Below are positions 22,951 through 34,389 of a stretch of DNA of 64,000 nt, piece after piece. Origin of the DNA: Azolla caroliniana (Eukaryota > Plantae > Polypodiophyta); contig JBHGNT010000014.1 of the NCBI GenBank assembly GCA_043228905.1, positions 14,570,001-14,634,000 of the forward strand, written 5' to 3'. Position 1 is the stretch's first letter. Every line of letters begins with the position of its first letter. Made by a program: the position numbers and the translations under genes. The notes beneath the pieces were generated by a model. The model did no database searches. It saw only the letters and a list, made by a program, of their open reading frames with translations, and was not told the origin of the DNA.

Positions 22951-23401
22951 TGTCAGAACCAAGAGAAAAGATAGAGTGGTAGAAGAAAGATGTAAAGAGA
23001 TCACGAGAAGAGAGGAATGAAGTGATAAGAGAAGAATGAATGTATTAGTAAGATAGAACGAAGATGGATACAAGAAAGGTGACGAAAGCTTAAGACTGGT
23101 GTTGATTCGAATTGGTTTGAGAAGAATTGTATGTCCATATTTATAGGTTCCTATAGAATAGCCTAGTGATTTCTATAATGTTCTAGAATGTTCTAGACCT
23201 AGAATATTCTAAGATGTTCTAGGATATTCTAGAATGTTCTAGAATGTTCCAAAACATTTACAATAATCAATATATTACAAGAAGTAGCTTTTATTATTTT
23301 ATACAATCATATGCTATCCTAATGGTTAGGTTCTTGATTATATATTACAAGGTCTTGGGTTCAAGCTCAAGTGAAGCCATGATGCTTATGTATTTATGAC
23401 A
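22951..23401 (-). repeat. 5' LTR of the chromovirus with TATA box and heat-shock-element array
   Basis: TGTCA..TGACA termini; TATAAATA on minus strand at 23145-23138; alternating nGAAn/nTTCn pentamers in 23155-23250. Confidence 0.9.
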
Positions 23402-23731
23402 GTGCCCATGTTGAGTAGTCGGCGTCCATTGGGTCGGGTCTATTTTCTAGAATAGCCTAGTGATTTCTAGAATGTTCTAGACCTAGAATATTCTAAGATG
23501 TTCTAGGATATTCTAGAATGTTCTAGAATGTTCCAAAACATTTACAATAATCAATATATTACAAGAAGTAGCTTTTATTATTTTATACAATCATATGCTA
23601 TCCTAATGGTTAGGTTCTTGATTATATATTACAAGGTCTTGGGTTCAAGCTCAAGTGAAGCCATGATGCTTATGTATTTATGACAGTGCCCATGTTGAGT
23701 AGTCGGCGTCCATTGGGTCGGGTCTATTTTC
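23154..23731. repeat. Tandem duplication (~290 bp) of the LTR U3 end plus 46 bp of flank
   Basis: 23154-23447 repeated at 23448-23731 with a 10-bp deletion; both contain TATGACAGTGCCCATG. Confidence 0.92.
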
Positions 23732-23966
23732 TTGTTCTCCCTTTGATGTAGCTCCAATAACCTTGACCGACAAGGTATTGGTGCATTTTGTATTCCCCAT
23801 TTGAGTATTCATGGTGTTCGATGTAGATTTCTTCCATCTTCTTCTCTCTTGAATACGAGCTATGTAGCCACACTACGATAGCGATGAGCCGGTTCTCTTC
23901 AACGTCGACGTAGAGCACAAGACACGTGGATGGGCTAGATCGAGCTACCAAACCGCTCGAATACCA

Positions 23967-24012
23967 TGTAAAGAATCGATGGTGATTCTTGTGCAGGGGA
24001 ATAGGTTAAAGA

Positions 24013-24043
<31 letters not shown>

Positions 24044-24337
24044 AGAGAGAAACAAGATCGATAATAGAAAATACTCAAGAAGATTGTATTTTACAAAGGA
24101 GATTAACCGACTTATTACAAAGTAGGAGGAAAGTGCTTTATATAGTCACTCTCTCTCTTCATTAACTACCGAAGCTCATGGGGAATGTGGAAACTCATTA
24201 GTTATGTGTCATAGAATATGATTCTATGCACATAGTTAATGTGTAGAGAGTAGTGGTGTGACTTTTCACCTTTGAGTGTTCATACACTCTCGAGGGTGTG
24301 TTCACACATTAGACTAGGTTGAGCTTGATTCTCAACA
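23967..24337 (-). repeat. 5' LTR of Copia C
   Basis: TGTAAAG..CTCAACA, adjacent to the PBS-like motif; interrupts the Copia B integrase after VFLEDKTIED. Confidence 0.85.
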
Positions 24338-26935
24338 ATCCTCAATTGTTTTGTCTTCCAAGAAAACTACACCCCGACTCCTCACCACCTCCTTATCCGC
24401 TAAGTCCCATAGTCTATAGTTGAACTCGTCTTCCGAGTATCCCATTAATATGCATGGTTTTGACTTACTCTCGAGTTTCGACCTCTGATCCTTAGGCACA
24501 TGCATATACGCTAAACATCCAAACACCCTCAGGTGTTGGTACTAGACATCCTTACCTGTCCACACCCTTTGTGGGACATCACCCTTCAATGGCACTGAGG
24601 GAGACTTGTTGATCAGGTAAACCATTCTGTACATCGTCTCAGCCCAATATGATTTCGGCAGTTTAGGATGAGAGATCATGCTCCTTACTCTCCCCATGAT
24701 TGTTCTATTCATCCTCTCTGCAAGCCCGTTCAACTCAGGGGTCTTCGACGTTGTGTATTCGATTTGAATACCTTGGGGCTTGCAGTATTCCTTGAACTGC
24801 CCTCTATATTCGCCACCATTTTTGGTTCGAACAACTTTCAACTTTCGACCTAACTCCCGTTCAGCTCTTGCCTGGAACACCTTGAAGAACGACAGTACTT
24901 GATCTTTTGACTTTAGTACGAAAGCCCAGAACTTCCGACTGTAGTCATCAATGAAAGTCACAAAGTATTGTCCGCCTCGATGCGACGGAGCATCTACATA
25001 GCACACATCCGTGTGTATTAGTTCCAGTGGCACTTCTCTTCTTCTTGGTGGTCTTGAGCGGAATGTTGCTCTGTTCTGCTTTCCAACTAAGTAGTCGACG
25101 CACTTCTCCAGGTGCACTCCCTTTACCTCTGGTAGAAGTTTCTGGTCAGCTAACAAATGCAGACCCTTCTCACTCATGTGGCCTAGCCTCTTATGTCATA
25201 TCTGTCCTATCGAGTCGGCTGCCACATTCACTTCCGACTTCCACAGTTGGGCTTGCATCATATACAATGTGCCTTCTTTTTGTGCTCGGGCGACTCTAAG
25301 GTTTCCTCGGCAAAACTTCCACTTGTCATTCCGAAAACTACCATTGTAGCCTTCATCGTCCAGTGTTCCAGTCGATATCAAATTCAATCTGATATCAGGG
25401 ACATGTCGAACATCCTTTAGATTCAGTCGACACCTTGTCAACGTCGTCAATTAGACACTTCTGATTCCGGCTATCTTGCACTCCCCATTATCACCCATCT
25501 TTACATAGCCATGATCATCGGTGTTAAGAATTAGGTAAGTAATTAAGCAAGGATTAATTAGTACCTAATTATGTGATTAGTTTATAAGCGGAAGATTAAG
25601 TGATATGTGTGTGTATGTGTGTGAGAGGAAGAGAGAGAGAGAGAGGAAGTTAACATTTATGAACAACACAAGATGGGGGATGATTAACTCTATATTAAAT
25701 TAGCATTATCATCATCAAATACAAAAATACCTACAATGAGGTATATATAGATCTCATGTGCAAAGGGTGCACATGTGTGAGGATAATATAGGTACAAAAG
25801 TGTAAGTCCTATATTAAATGTACTTGGGAGTGGAGGATCTAGAATATCCCACCTTAAGTACAAGGTCCTATTTAAGGTGTTATAATCAACACTTCTAACT
25901 AGATTCTATCTAGGTAACTACGAAGTTACATGGTTGACTAACTAAACTAAGTTGAGCTTGATCTCTCAACAATCGGCAATGTAAGTCGAGAAATACTCTC
26001 TCGACAGAGTTATATGGAAAGATGCACCAAAGTTGATCACCCAAGTGCATTCTTCGGTTGCAAGATTTGCAGTTGTCTGTTCACAAATGAACAAAAGTTA
26101 TTCATTGCTCATAGCAATTATGGCTGAAGGGTTCTTTTCATTAGGAATCTTCATGGGTTCCATTTCCGACACCTTTGTCCTTCCTCGTGTGTCGGCAATC
26201 CTTCTAGAAGTTTCCAAGTTTTCCGCAATAGAAGCATATTACCTTACCCCTGGACTTCGACCTGGCTTGAGACTTTTCTCTCCTTGGTGGACTCCTTTGC
26301 CAGTTCCTTCCTCTGCCAATATGTTGAGTCAAGTTTGACTCCGACTAGACCAAGACACCCTTGTCCTTCCTTCTGGTCTCCTCGTTCAAGATTCTTGTCT
26401 TTACCACTTGTAGAGACAAGTTCTCTTCTTGACACAAGGTGCTGAGAGTCACCACCAGGTTCTCCCAGCTGTCCGGCAAAGTACACAACAATAGGATGGC
26501 TTGCATTGCATCCTCAAGGGGAAACTTGGTTGCGGCAAGTTGATTTACGTACCCCATGAATGTGTTAATGTGTTCGACGATGCTCTCACCATCTCTATAT
26601 TTCAACCGTACAATCTTTCTCATCAGTGAGGTTTTATTGAGGGTGTTCTTCCTTTTGTATAGACTTGGCAGCTTCTACCACATCTCGTGGGCATTCGTGT
26701 CATTCGCCACATGCTAAAAGACACTTACATCGACTCACTGTCGGATGGTGGCCACCGCCTTTCTGTTAAGAAGTTTCCATTCCGACTCTAATACCCCCGT
26801 GGGTATTTTTGCTTTGTTGATCGGCTCGTACAGATCTTTGACTATGAGAAGGTCCTCCATCTTAATCTTCTAGTCCGCATAGTTCTGAGAGTTTAGAACT
26901 ATCATACCTGGGAAGCTGCTCACACCTCCTTCCAT
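24338..26935 (-). pseudogene. Copia B gag-protease-integrase, disrupted
   Basis: ORF fragments 26345-26623, 25196-25450, 24542-25177 and 24332-24526. Confidence 0.9.
25522..25971 (-). mobile_element. Solo LTR (450 bp), TSD ATCGG
   Basis: TGTTAAG..CTCAACA flanked by ATCGG at 25517-25521 and 25972-25976. Confidence 0.9.
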
Positions 26936-26966
26936 GCTTACACCTCAAGCTCTGATACCAATTTTT

Positions 26967-27169
26967 TGTGAATCGAATCTCAAATCTGTGAGAAAGACTA
27001 ACTCGGAAATACAAAATACACAGTACACAGTGATTTACGTGGAAACCACAGGAGAACAGATCTTCGCTATACAATGGATATACAAGATGACGAGATTACA
27101 ACACTCTCTCTCTACAGAGTGTAACTGCCACACAAGGCTCTTGGCATCAAACCTCACTCAACTATGGCG

Positions 27170-27216
<47 letters not shown>

Positions 27217-28054
27217 ACTATAGCTAGCACCAACAGAGGCTAATCACATATTCTGTTCAACTCACTATTGTAAACGTAAGTGTTTGTGGAAGCGTAAAAC
27301 AGAGAACAACACAGAGAGAGAGAGAGAGAGACAGAGAGAGCAGAACACTATTTCAAAATTATATCAAGACTATATGTATACACTGTGCTAAGTAGCACTA
27401 TTTATACAAGTCCTCTTGGGACTGACAGAAGTACCATGTACTTCAATGCTCACACGAGCATCTGACACTTACTACGAGACTATAGCTACCTAGTAGTCTA
27501 TCCTGTACTAGGCTTCCGATTGGACTGCCGGTTATGGATTGCACCCGGCCTCCACTACTTGCCGGTTCGGTTGCTCACCGTCATACCGATCCATTTCGCC
27601 CGATCCGTCTCGCTCATCGGCTCCAGCTTATTCAGCCGATCCGACTCCGGTTGAGCTTGCCGCTCAACAACTATCTATGTTTTTGCCCTAGATGTATTTA
27701 TACTAATACATTATATGGGCTATTTACAAGTGTAGCCCCTACTACATATCATTATTATTATTATTATAGTTATAATAATAATCAATAGTTCATCAACCGA
27801 CTCTCCATTGTTGACTCTTCGACTGTCAGCTCTTCTCGGCCCGAACAATTGGCTCCTCCTTGTCTTCGATTATCCGCTCTTCTCAGCCTGAACAGTCAGC
27901 TCCTCCCATTGGAGGGACATATTCCCAACATTATCGTTCCACCCTGCTCAATTCTCAGCCGACTCCACTTGTTTATCTTTTTCCCGATTTGGTTCAGACC
28001 TATGCTTGGCCTTTTGTCCCTTTCCACACCTTTGGCTGTCTTGCCCGACCAACA
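26967..28054 (-). repeat. 5' LTR of Copia B, containing a nested solo LTR
   Basis: Begins next to the PBS (GCTCTGATACCA 26949-26960); outer end at CCGACCAACA is approximate. Confidence 0.75.
27269..27669 (-). mobile_element. Solo LTR (401 bp), TSD ACTAT
   Basis: TGTAAAC..CTCAACA flanked by ACTAT at 27264-27268 and 27670-27674. Confidence 0.9.
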
Positions 28055-28457
28055 ACACCTAATTAGCTACATGAACTACAAGCCATAACTAATTAGCTAC
28101 AAAACTAATGAGCTACTTAAATTACCATAGCTACTATCTACAACTCACTACCTAAACAAAAAATACATTAGTCAATAGCTAATTAACTACATGAACTAGT
28201 AGCCATAGTTAATTAGCTACGAAAAACTAATAAGCTACTTCTGTTAGTAGCTATAACTAAATAGCTACTAATAACTATAAATAGTTACACTACATCAACT
28301 TTTATTCGGAGTTAATTAGCTACAATGGTTAGTCGCTATAACTAAATAGTTATTATAACTATAACTAGTCATACTACTTCAACTTTTAATCAAAGGTAAT
28401 TAGTTACAAGGGCTAGTAGCTAGTAGCTTTGCTACTAATAACTAATAAGATACCCTG
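28055..28457. repeat. AT-rich tract of short TAGCTA(C)/AACTA repeats, possibly a DNA-transposon end
   Basis: Many AATTAGCTAC/TAGCTA motifs ending sharply at TACCCTG (CAGGGTA on minus strand, hAT-like terminus). Confidence 0.45.
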
Positions 28458-28489
28458 TTTTTTTTACGTAGGTTGATTTATTTATTAGG

Positions 28490-29700
28490 TTTAAGCGAAT
28501 GCCTCCAACAATCAAAGTTCAACTATGAACGTTCAAGTCTCTTAAACCATTTCTTATGAAACGCTTGAAGGATCAATTCACATGTTGCATTTACCACGTA
28601 CAAATTGGTTTTCTCAAGTATTTTGTTAACCTAGTCCGTCATCATAGCTTCTTACTACAAAATGTGGTATGCACTTGTGAATGCCCAATCTGTCAATCTA
28701 ATCATATAAAACGATGTAAGTCATCAGAGCATGTTTACAAATCAACAACTAGTCTTTTAAACGCAATATTGTGTCCTTGAGGATTTGAGGCCATCTTTCA
28801 CAATTACAAATTTGTCATGGGTATATGTTTAGACTGTAGACCTACTAGATTTAGGAGTTGAGTAGTGAAATTTTAATACCTGTTAAGTTGTTTGAAAATG
28901 TTGAGAGAACTTATGAAGCCAAGGTGTGTAAAAGAAAGGGTTTAGTTAAAAATTTGCTCAATCAAAAGAGATTTGTCATCTCTTTTTTTAGTGTCTAAAA
29001 AATTTCATTATGCACAACTTTATTTACTTACGGCCAGCCAATTAGTTTAAGACTTATATGATTTTCCAAATGATGTAGTTGTCTTAGTAGTAGATTTTGC
29101 AAAGAATTATACTTCCAAGGCGCAAACTGAAATTCAATTCATGCACTGGTGGTTAGTAAGGTAATAGGTTTTGTTCATATAACTTATTATCAAGTTTCAA
29201 GTGATGTATAGAAAATAATTCATTTCCTTATATCTGACGATAAGAAGCATGATACCTTATTTGTTTAATATTGTTTAAATTACATTGGAAATGGTTGTTA
29301 GATCAACATTCAGAGCTTACTCAACATTGGGTTTGGTCTAATGGAGTTGGATGACAAACAGATGTTAGTATTTATTTTATTGATCAGATCATGTGCAAGA
29401 ATTTCCCTCAGTATAAAATATAGTCATTGATGTACCACCTCTTACTCTCTAAAGAAATTCGCTCATTGCTACTTGTTGGCTTCATATAGCATATCCATTG
29501 GTACATAATGAAATACATGAACCATCTAATTCAAGGCTAAAAGATCATTTTATTTTGTTGGGATGTATACTTCTAAAATAGGATTGGAGATGAGATGGAA
29601 CTTTTTCCGGTCTGACCATGGAAAAGGTGAACATGATGGAGCTGGTGAGCACTTACTGATGAACAACAAAAGGTTGATGGTGTGCATATGAATTATGTCT
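28490..29700 (+). pseudogene. Decayed DNA transposase, Sola2-like
   Basis: Manual translation gives in order FKSLKPF..FTCCIYHVQ, VVDFAKNYT..QTEIQFMHW, ISDDKKHD, HWVWSNG, WNFFRSDHGKGEHDGAG, with stops and frameshifts. Confidence 0.7.
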
Positions 29701-31611
29701 CTCATTACTAAACATTGTTAGTGATACATTTTTATACAAGTGGCCTTCAACAAAAAAATATGTATCATAAGCATGTTAATGATGCATTTCTATATGAGTG
29801 CCATTATACAAGAATACTCAACTGATTGTACATGTTTCTTCCTCCTTACACATGTTTATTACAACAAATTTGTTTACATCACAAGTTTCCAAATTGAAAG
29901 AGAATGACCACAATTCACAATTAAGAAAGTCAAACGTATGTTAGGTAAGATGTCATGATGGGAATATATGGAAGCTATTAGGTGTATTTTGTCAACATTT
30001 TTTAAACCTTTAGATTTAAGGGAGATCCCTAAATAAGCCAAGACATTTTCAATGAAATCAACCTATACAAAGAGATTTATTGCTAAACTTAGGCTAGGAA
30101 ATTTAATGGGCCTAAAATTGAACCGTGGTGTTTTTATTTTAAACTATGCCATCAAGTTCGCAAGCCAAGCACATGAGTTATTTTACAAGACAACACACAC
30201 ACACACATAGTGTAAAAAGGATGCATGTCAAGGTAATTGGGATCAAAGAGCTCACTTGAGGAAGAAGGGTCCAAGTACAAAGAGAAATGGTATTTATATG
30301 GAAAGGGATGGAATCCTACACATCACAAAAATGAAAATATGTTGGAAGCAATATTATCGAGGGGGATTCAATTAATTTCCTCTTATCACATTATGGCTAT
30401 CTCGTGAATATGACATTTGAGGCAATGAAAAGAATTGAAGATTTTCTTTCACACTTCATTCCCACTTTCACGATGGTTGTCTTAAAGTGCCTTTGCACAT
30501 GGTGGATATGTTTCCAAAGGGCTTCTTTTGCTAATGAAAAACATATCTCTAACCATGACTTTGAATATCAGCCATGATGGTAGTTCCCGATATTTGCATA
30601 TCATCAATAACTTTTATATCAAATGCACCATGTATGCCAATTTTAACATACATTTATACACTATCCATTTGCCACCAATAGCGAAGTTAAATCCTAACCT
30701 CTTATGTAGGTGCAACCTTTGTCACCTTCAAGGTGTTTATCCATATAATATTTAGTAAAGTTGACTTCATAGACATTCCTCCTACTCTCTCCTTCAAATA
30801 AATGAATCTCGATACAATTAGACAAAACCCAAGCAATTAAAATGAACTATTTCGACTATCTCATGCAAGTTGCATTGAATGATTCATGATAGCAAAACAA
30901 GTGAGATTTTATCATGTTTCAAATAATTGCCCAAAGGAAACCATGATAATGTTGACACAACATCCTCCAAGATAAGTTTGAAGATGGCTAACTTGCTTAA
31001 ACTTCATATATTTTGGTGTTACAGAAAGTGTGTTATGAACATCTAAGGAAAATTTGCACATTACTCTCCATAAATAAGGAAAAAGCACCCCACGTTTGCT
31101 TGCCTCCATATTGTTGTTAAACTAGACAAGAGTTTTCCATTTTAAACTTTGTATAAAGGAACATTTTAGAATGGTTGGGAATTCCTTTTTATTTCTTAAA
31201 GAGGGCAACATGCTTGTTATCAATGGAAAGAAAGTGTAACCTTGCAAAGCTCACATTTTAAGAATCGTTGCATTCCTTTAAGTGTCAATATGGGTCAAGC
31301 AATTGTTGAAATGAAAAGCTTATTCGAGTAATACATTTTCATATTATTTCTCTTTTCTCATGAAAGTTCAGATATGATGTTTCTCTCATACTTGACCCGA
31401 GGTAAGAGGTCATTACATATAATTAGTTGTCTTGTGGATGCATGATATGTGTGATGATGCCTAGATTAAAAGATATAAATCAATCTCTTAATGATATGGT
31501 CCAACAAAATTAGTGAAGAGCTCTTTGGTTTGAATCTAGTCAAACTTTCATTGAAGTTTAATTAAAGAATCTAACCTTTGAAAGAACTTTTGTGCAAAGT
31601 TCAAACATTTG

Positions 31612-31936
31612 TTTTTTTTTTCCAAAAAAAACTCATTCCATTAGTTATAAAGTTTTACAGATGAGGGTATTATATACAAATCCCTGTAGGGACGCAATAG
31701 TTCCATCTTATGTGGATGTCCACTGACTCAAGAAAGGGAGATGACGACCATTGTTGGATGAAGGCTAGTCGTTGTCGTTCAACTCCATCGGAGCCACCCT
31801 TAAGGCCATTGTACTGGCTCTTCAAAGTGGCTACAACTTCACTCCATATCTCTTGCATTAACATGATTGGATGTGCGGTTTGGTTGGAAAAGACACGTCT
31901 ACACCGTTGTTTCCATAAAATCCAAATAGTGATTGG
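31612..31936 (-). mobile_element. Short 5'-truncated LINE fragment (ORF2 C-terminus, 3' UTR, A-tail)
   Basis: Diverged homologue of 31937-32260; T-run at 31612-31622. Confidence 0.8.
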
Positions 31937-34389
31937 TTTTTTTTTTCCAAAAAAAAACTCCTTCCATTAGTTATAAAATTTTTCAAATGAGACGATTATG
32001 TACAAATCCCTGAAGGGACGCGATAGTTCCATCTTATGTGGATGCCCACTGACTCAAGAAAGGGAGAGGACAACCATTGTTGGATGAAGGCTATTCGTTG
32101 TCTTTCAACTCCCTCGGAGCCGCCCTTAAGGCCATCATATTGGCTCTTCAGAGTAGCTACAATTTCACTCCATATCTCTTGCAGTAACCTTGTTGGATGT
32201 GCGGTTTGGTTGGAGAAGAATCGCCTACATCGTTGTTTCCATAGAATCCAAAGAGTTATTGGGCTAACCCATTCCAGCACCTCTTGAGATTTGTCATTAA
32301 GAGGAGTGGAGTGGACATTGCCGCTGGAGGAGAAAAAGACCTCATGTGCTTTTATCACCAAAGTCATCCCCTCCTCCTGATGCTCGTATCTGCCAATTGC
32401 GGCCTGCCATGATAGCCAACATATATTTCCCCACTTGATTGAGCCTTGCACCTGGCATATTGGAACTCGAATTACGTTATTCTGTGTTGGTGTCTTAGTG
32501 TCTCACAATTCAGAGCCTTCGAGTATGTCTGGTGGTCCCCTATCTCTCGGGAACAAAGATCCCTCCTCCTCGTGGCCTATCCATTTCTCCATTGTCGTCC
32601 TTTGAGTAGCAAATTCCCTAATCAGTAGAGCATTAATTATTTCCGATCTCATAGTCCATCCGCCCTTGATTCCATGGAGTATGTTCGCCTGATCTTGTAG
32701 TGGCAGTGACATAAACTGTCGCCAACATTCTATACTTTTTCCTGGACCTTCTGCAATGTATCCCCATGACAACCCCATACGTGATCCCAGTAGTTGATTA
32801 GATTCATCCTTGATACATGGGTTCCATAGGATACGTTGACTGCGCCAGGCAGGTTCGGATCTCGGTTGATCACACCTGAGCCCTCAACGAATGTCACACC
32901 ATGCCTTCCACATGGATGCACTGAATCTATCCTCCAATTGGCGGGAGAAACTAGGTTTGAGATCCATGTTTAGAATCCATCCCGTTTGGGGGGCCCAATT
33001 GACCCCTTTTCGTGGCCTAAAGTAAGCAAAACGTAACCTCAGTAGCATTTTCCAACAGTCATTTCCTGGTTGGAGTCCTCGCACCACAAATTTGGCAAGT
33101 AAGGCTTTCGTTGTGAAAGGGGATCGATAAGACCCAATCCCCCTCTCAACTTAGGCGCTGTGAGTATAGGCCACGCCACCTTGGCGCGAGCTACATGGTC
33201 TTCCTTACCAAACCAAATGTAGTTGCGGATTAGTCGTTGAATCTTATGTATACTTTCCTTGGAGATTGTCCAACATGATAGATTGTACCATGTTGTTGCG
33301 AGTAGTACCTGATTTGCCACTATGATGCGACCCGCTAGCGACAGTTTTTTCGAGCTCCAATGTATCAACTTTTGTCGAATGGAATGGATAACAGGTGCAA
33401 TCATAGTCTCCGGAGGTATGTTGAAACCAATTTGGAAACCCAAATATTTGGTGCTCGCTCCTTGATTGATCCATTTGAAAGCGGGATGTGGGTGCCACGC
33501 CGAATGTGTTTCCTGAGAGAGCCATATTGCGTAGGATTTGCGCCAATTGATCATGGCGTTAGATCTCTTGCAAAATACAGCTAGCCCACTTTCTAGCTTT
33601 TGGAGGTTTTCCAAGTTCCCTTGTAGGTAGACTGTTGTGTCATCTACAAATTCTATATCTAGGATGCTTTGGTGAGAATGAGGTACGAGAAGACCACGTA
33701 GGTTGAGATGCCGTGAGTTGAGAAAGCAAGAGAGTGCTTTGGCGTATAATAGAAATAAGGATGGAGCTAGTGGGCATCCTTGCCGTACAGATCGGGATAT
33801 TCGGAAAAAAGGGCCCCTTTCACCTGCCAGTGAAACGCAACTGCTGCCATTCCTATAAAGTCCTGCAATGCCTTTGATCCATGTCTCTTGAAAGTCGAGT
33901 TTCCCCATCACACTTTCTAGAAAGTTCCAGCATACCCTGTCATATGCTTTCTCAAAATCTAAGAGCACCACCGCAACCTTGTTGTTGGTTCGCTTGGCAA
34001 AGACTACCGCTTCCCAGAATGAGAAGAGGTTGTCTAAGATGCTCCGATTTCTAACGAAACCTATTTGGGACGGATGAATGAGTTGAGGGAGAAGTGGTGT
34101 TAAACGGTGTGCCACGATTTTTGCGAGCAACTTATAGACAATATTGAGAAGAGTTATGGGCCGCTACTTGCTAATGTCGTTGGCATTCCCACCACTTTTA
34201 GGAATGAGATGTATCATCCCTTGTCCAAATTCCTCCGGCATGCTTCCAGAGGTGATGATCTCCTCATATGCCTGGAAGAGGTCTTCTTTAATAGTGTCCC
34301 AAAGGCATGTGAAAAAGTGTGGGGTGAGGCCGTCGATTCCGGGGCAACTATCGGCATCTAAATCAGTGAGGGCCTCCCATATCTCGATG
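31937..34389 (-). mobile_element. 5'-truncated L1-like LINE with TSD AATAGTGATTGGTTTT
   Basis: RT motifs QIGFV, LDFEKAYDRV, SVRQGCPLAP, FVDD, KYLG, GGLGL; T-run at 31937-31946; TSD at 31925-31940 and 34390-34405. Confidence 0.9.
33039..34130 (-). pseudogene. LINE ORF2 reverse transcriptase fragment
   Basis: 363-aa ORF with non-LTR RT motifs; flanking parts are frameshifted. Confidence 0.9.

Larger units (their letters stand above)
9932..23401 (-). mobile_element. Ty3/Gypsy chromovirus (Tcn1-like), degenerate
   Basis: LTRs 22951-23401 and 9932-11259, gag 22868-22341, PR/RT/RH/INT 14845-11450 ([38 protein letters not shown]), chromodomain (YYLVDWVGYPPSDRTWEP), PPT at 11260-11272. TSD not clean. 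Confidence 0.92.
7961..24337 (-). mobile_element. Ty1/Copia element C (different lineage), lacking RT/RH/3' LTR, split by the chromovirus
   Basis: LTR 23967-24337, PBS-like TGGTATTCGAGCGG at 23953-23966, gag start near 23835 continuing at 9931, gag-PR-INT ORF 8309-9772, INT tail 7961-8300. Confidence 0.85.
7030..28054 (-). mobile_element. Ty1/Copia element B (Tork-like), 3'-truncated, host of several nested insertions
   Basis: 5' LTR 26967-~28054, PBS 26949-26960, gag from ATG 26935, INT 24338-25450, RT remnant 7030-~7960 (NKWVYK, DVKTTFL, SLYGLKQ, MKDLGPAKQILG). Confidence 0.85.

Noticed and set aside
9927-23406. TSD for the chromovirus
   Set aside because: Flanks GCTCT and GTGCC do not match, although the host gag is continuous across the site; no TSD is claimed.
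29700-31600. Possible second transposase relic
   Set aside because: No ordered catalytic motifs recovered by manual reading.
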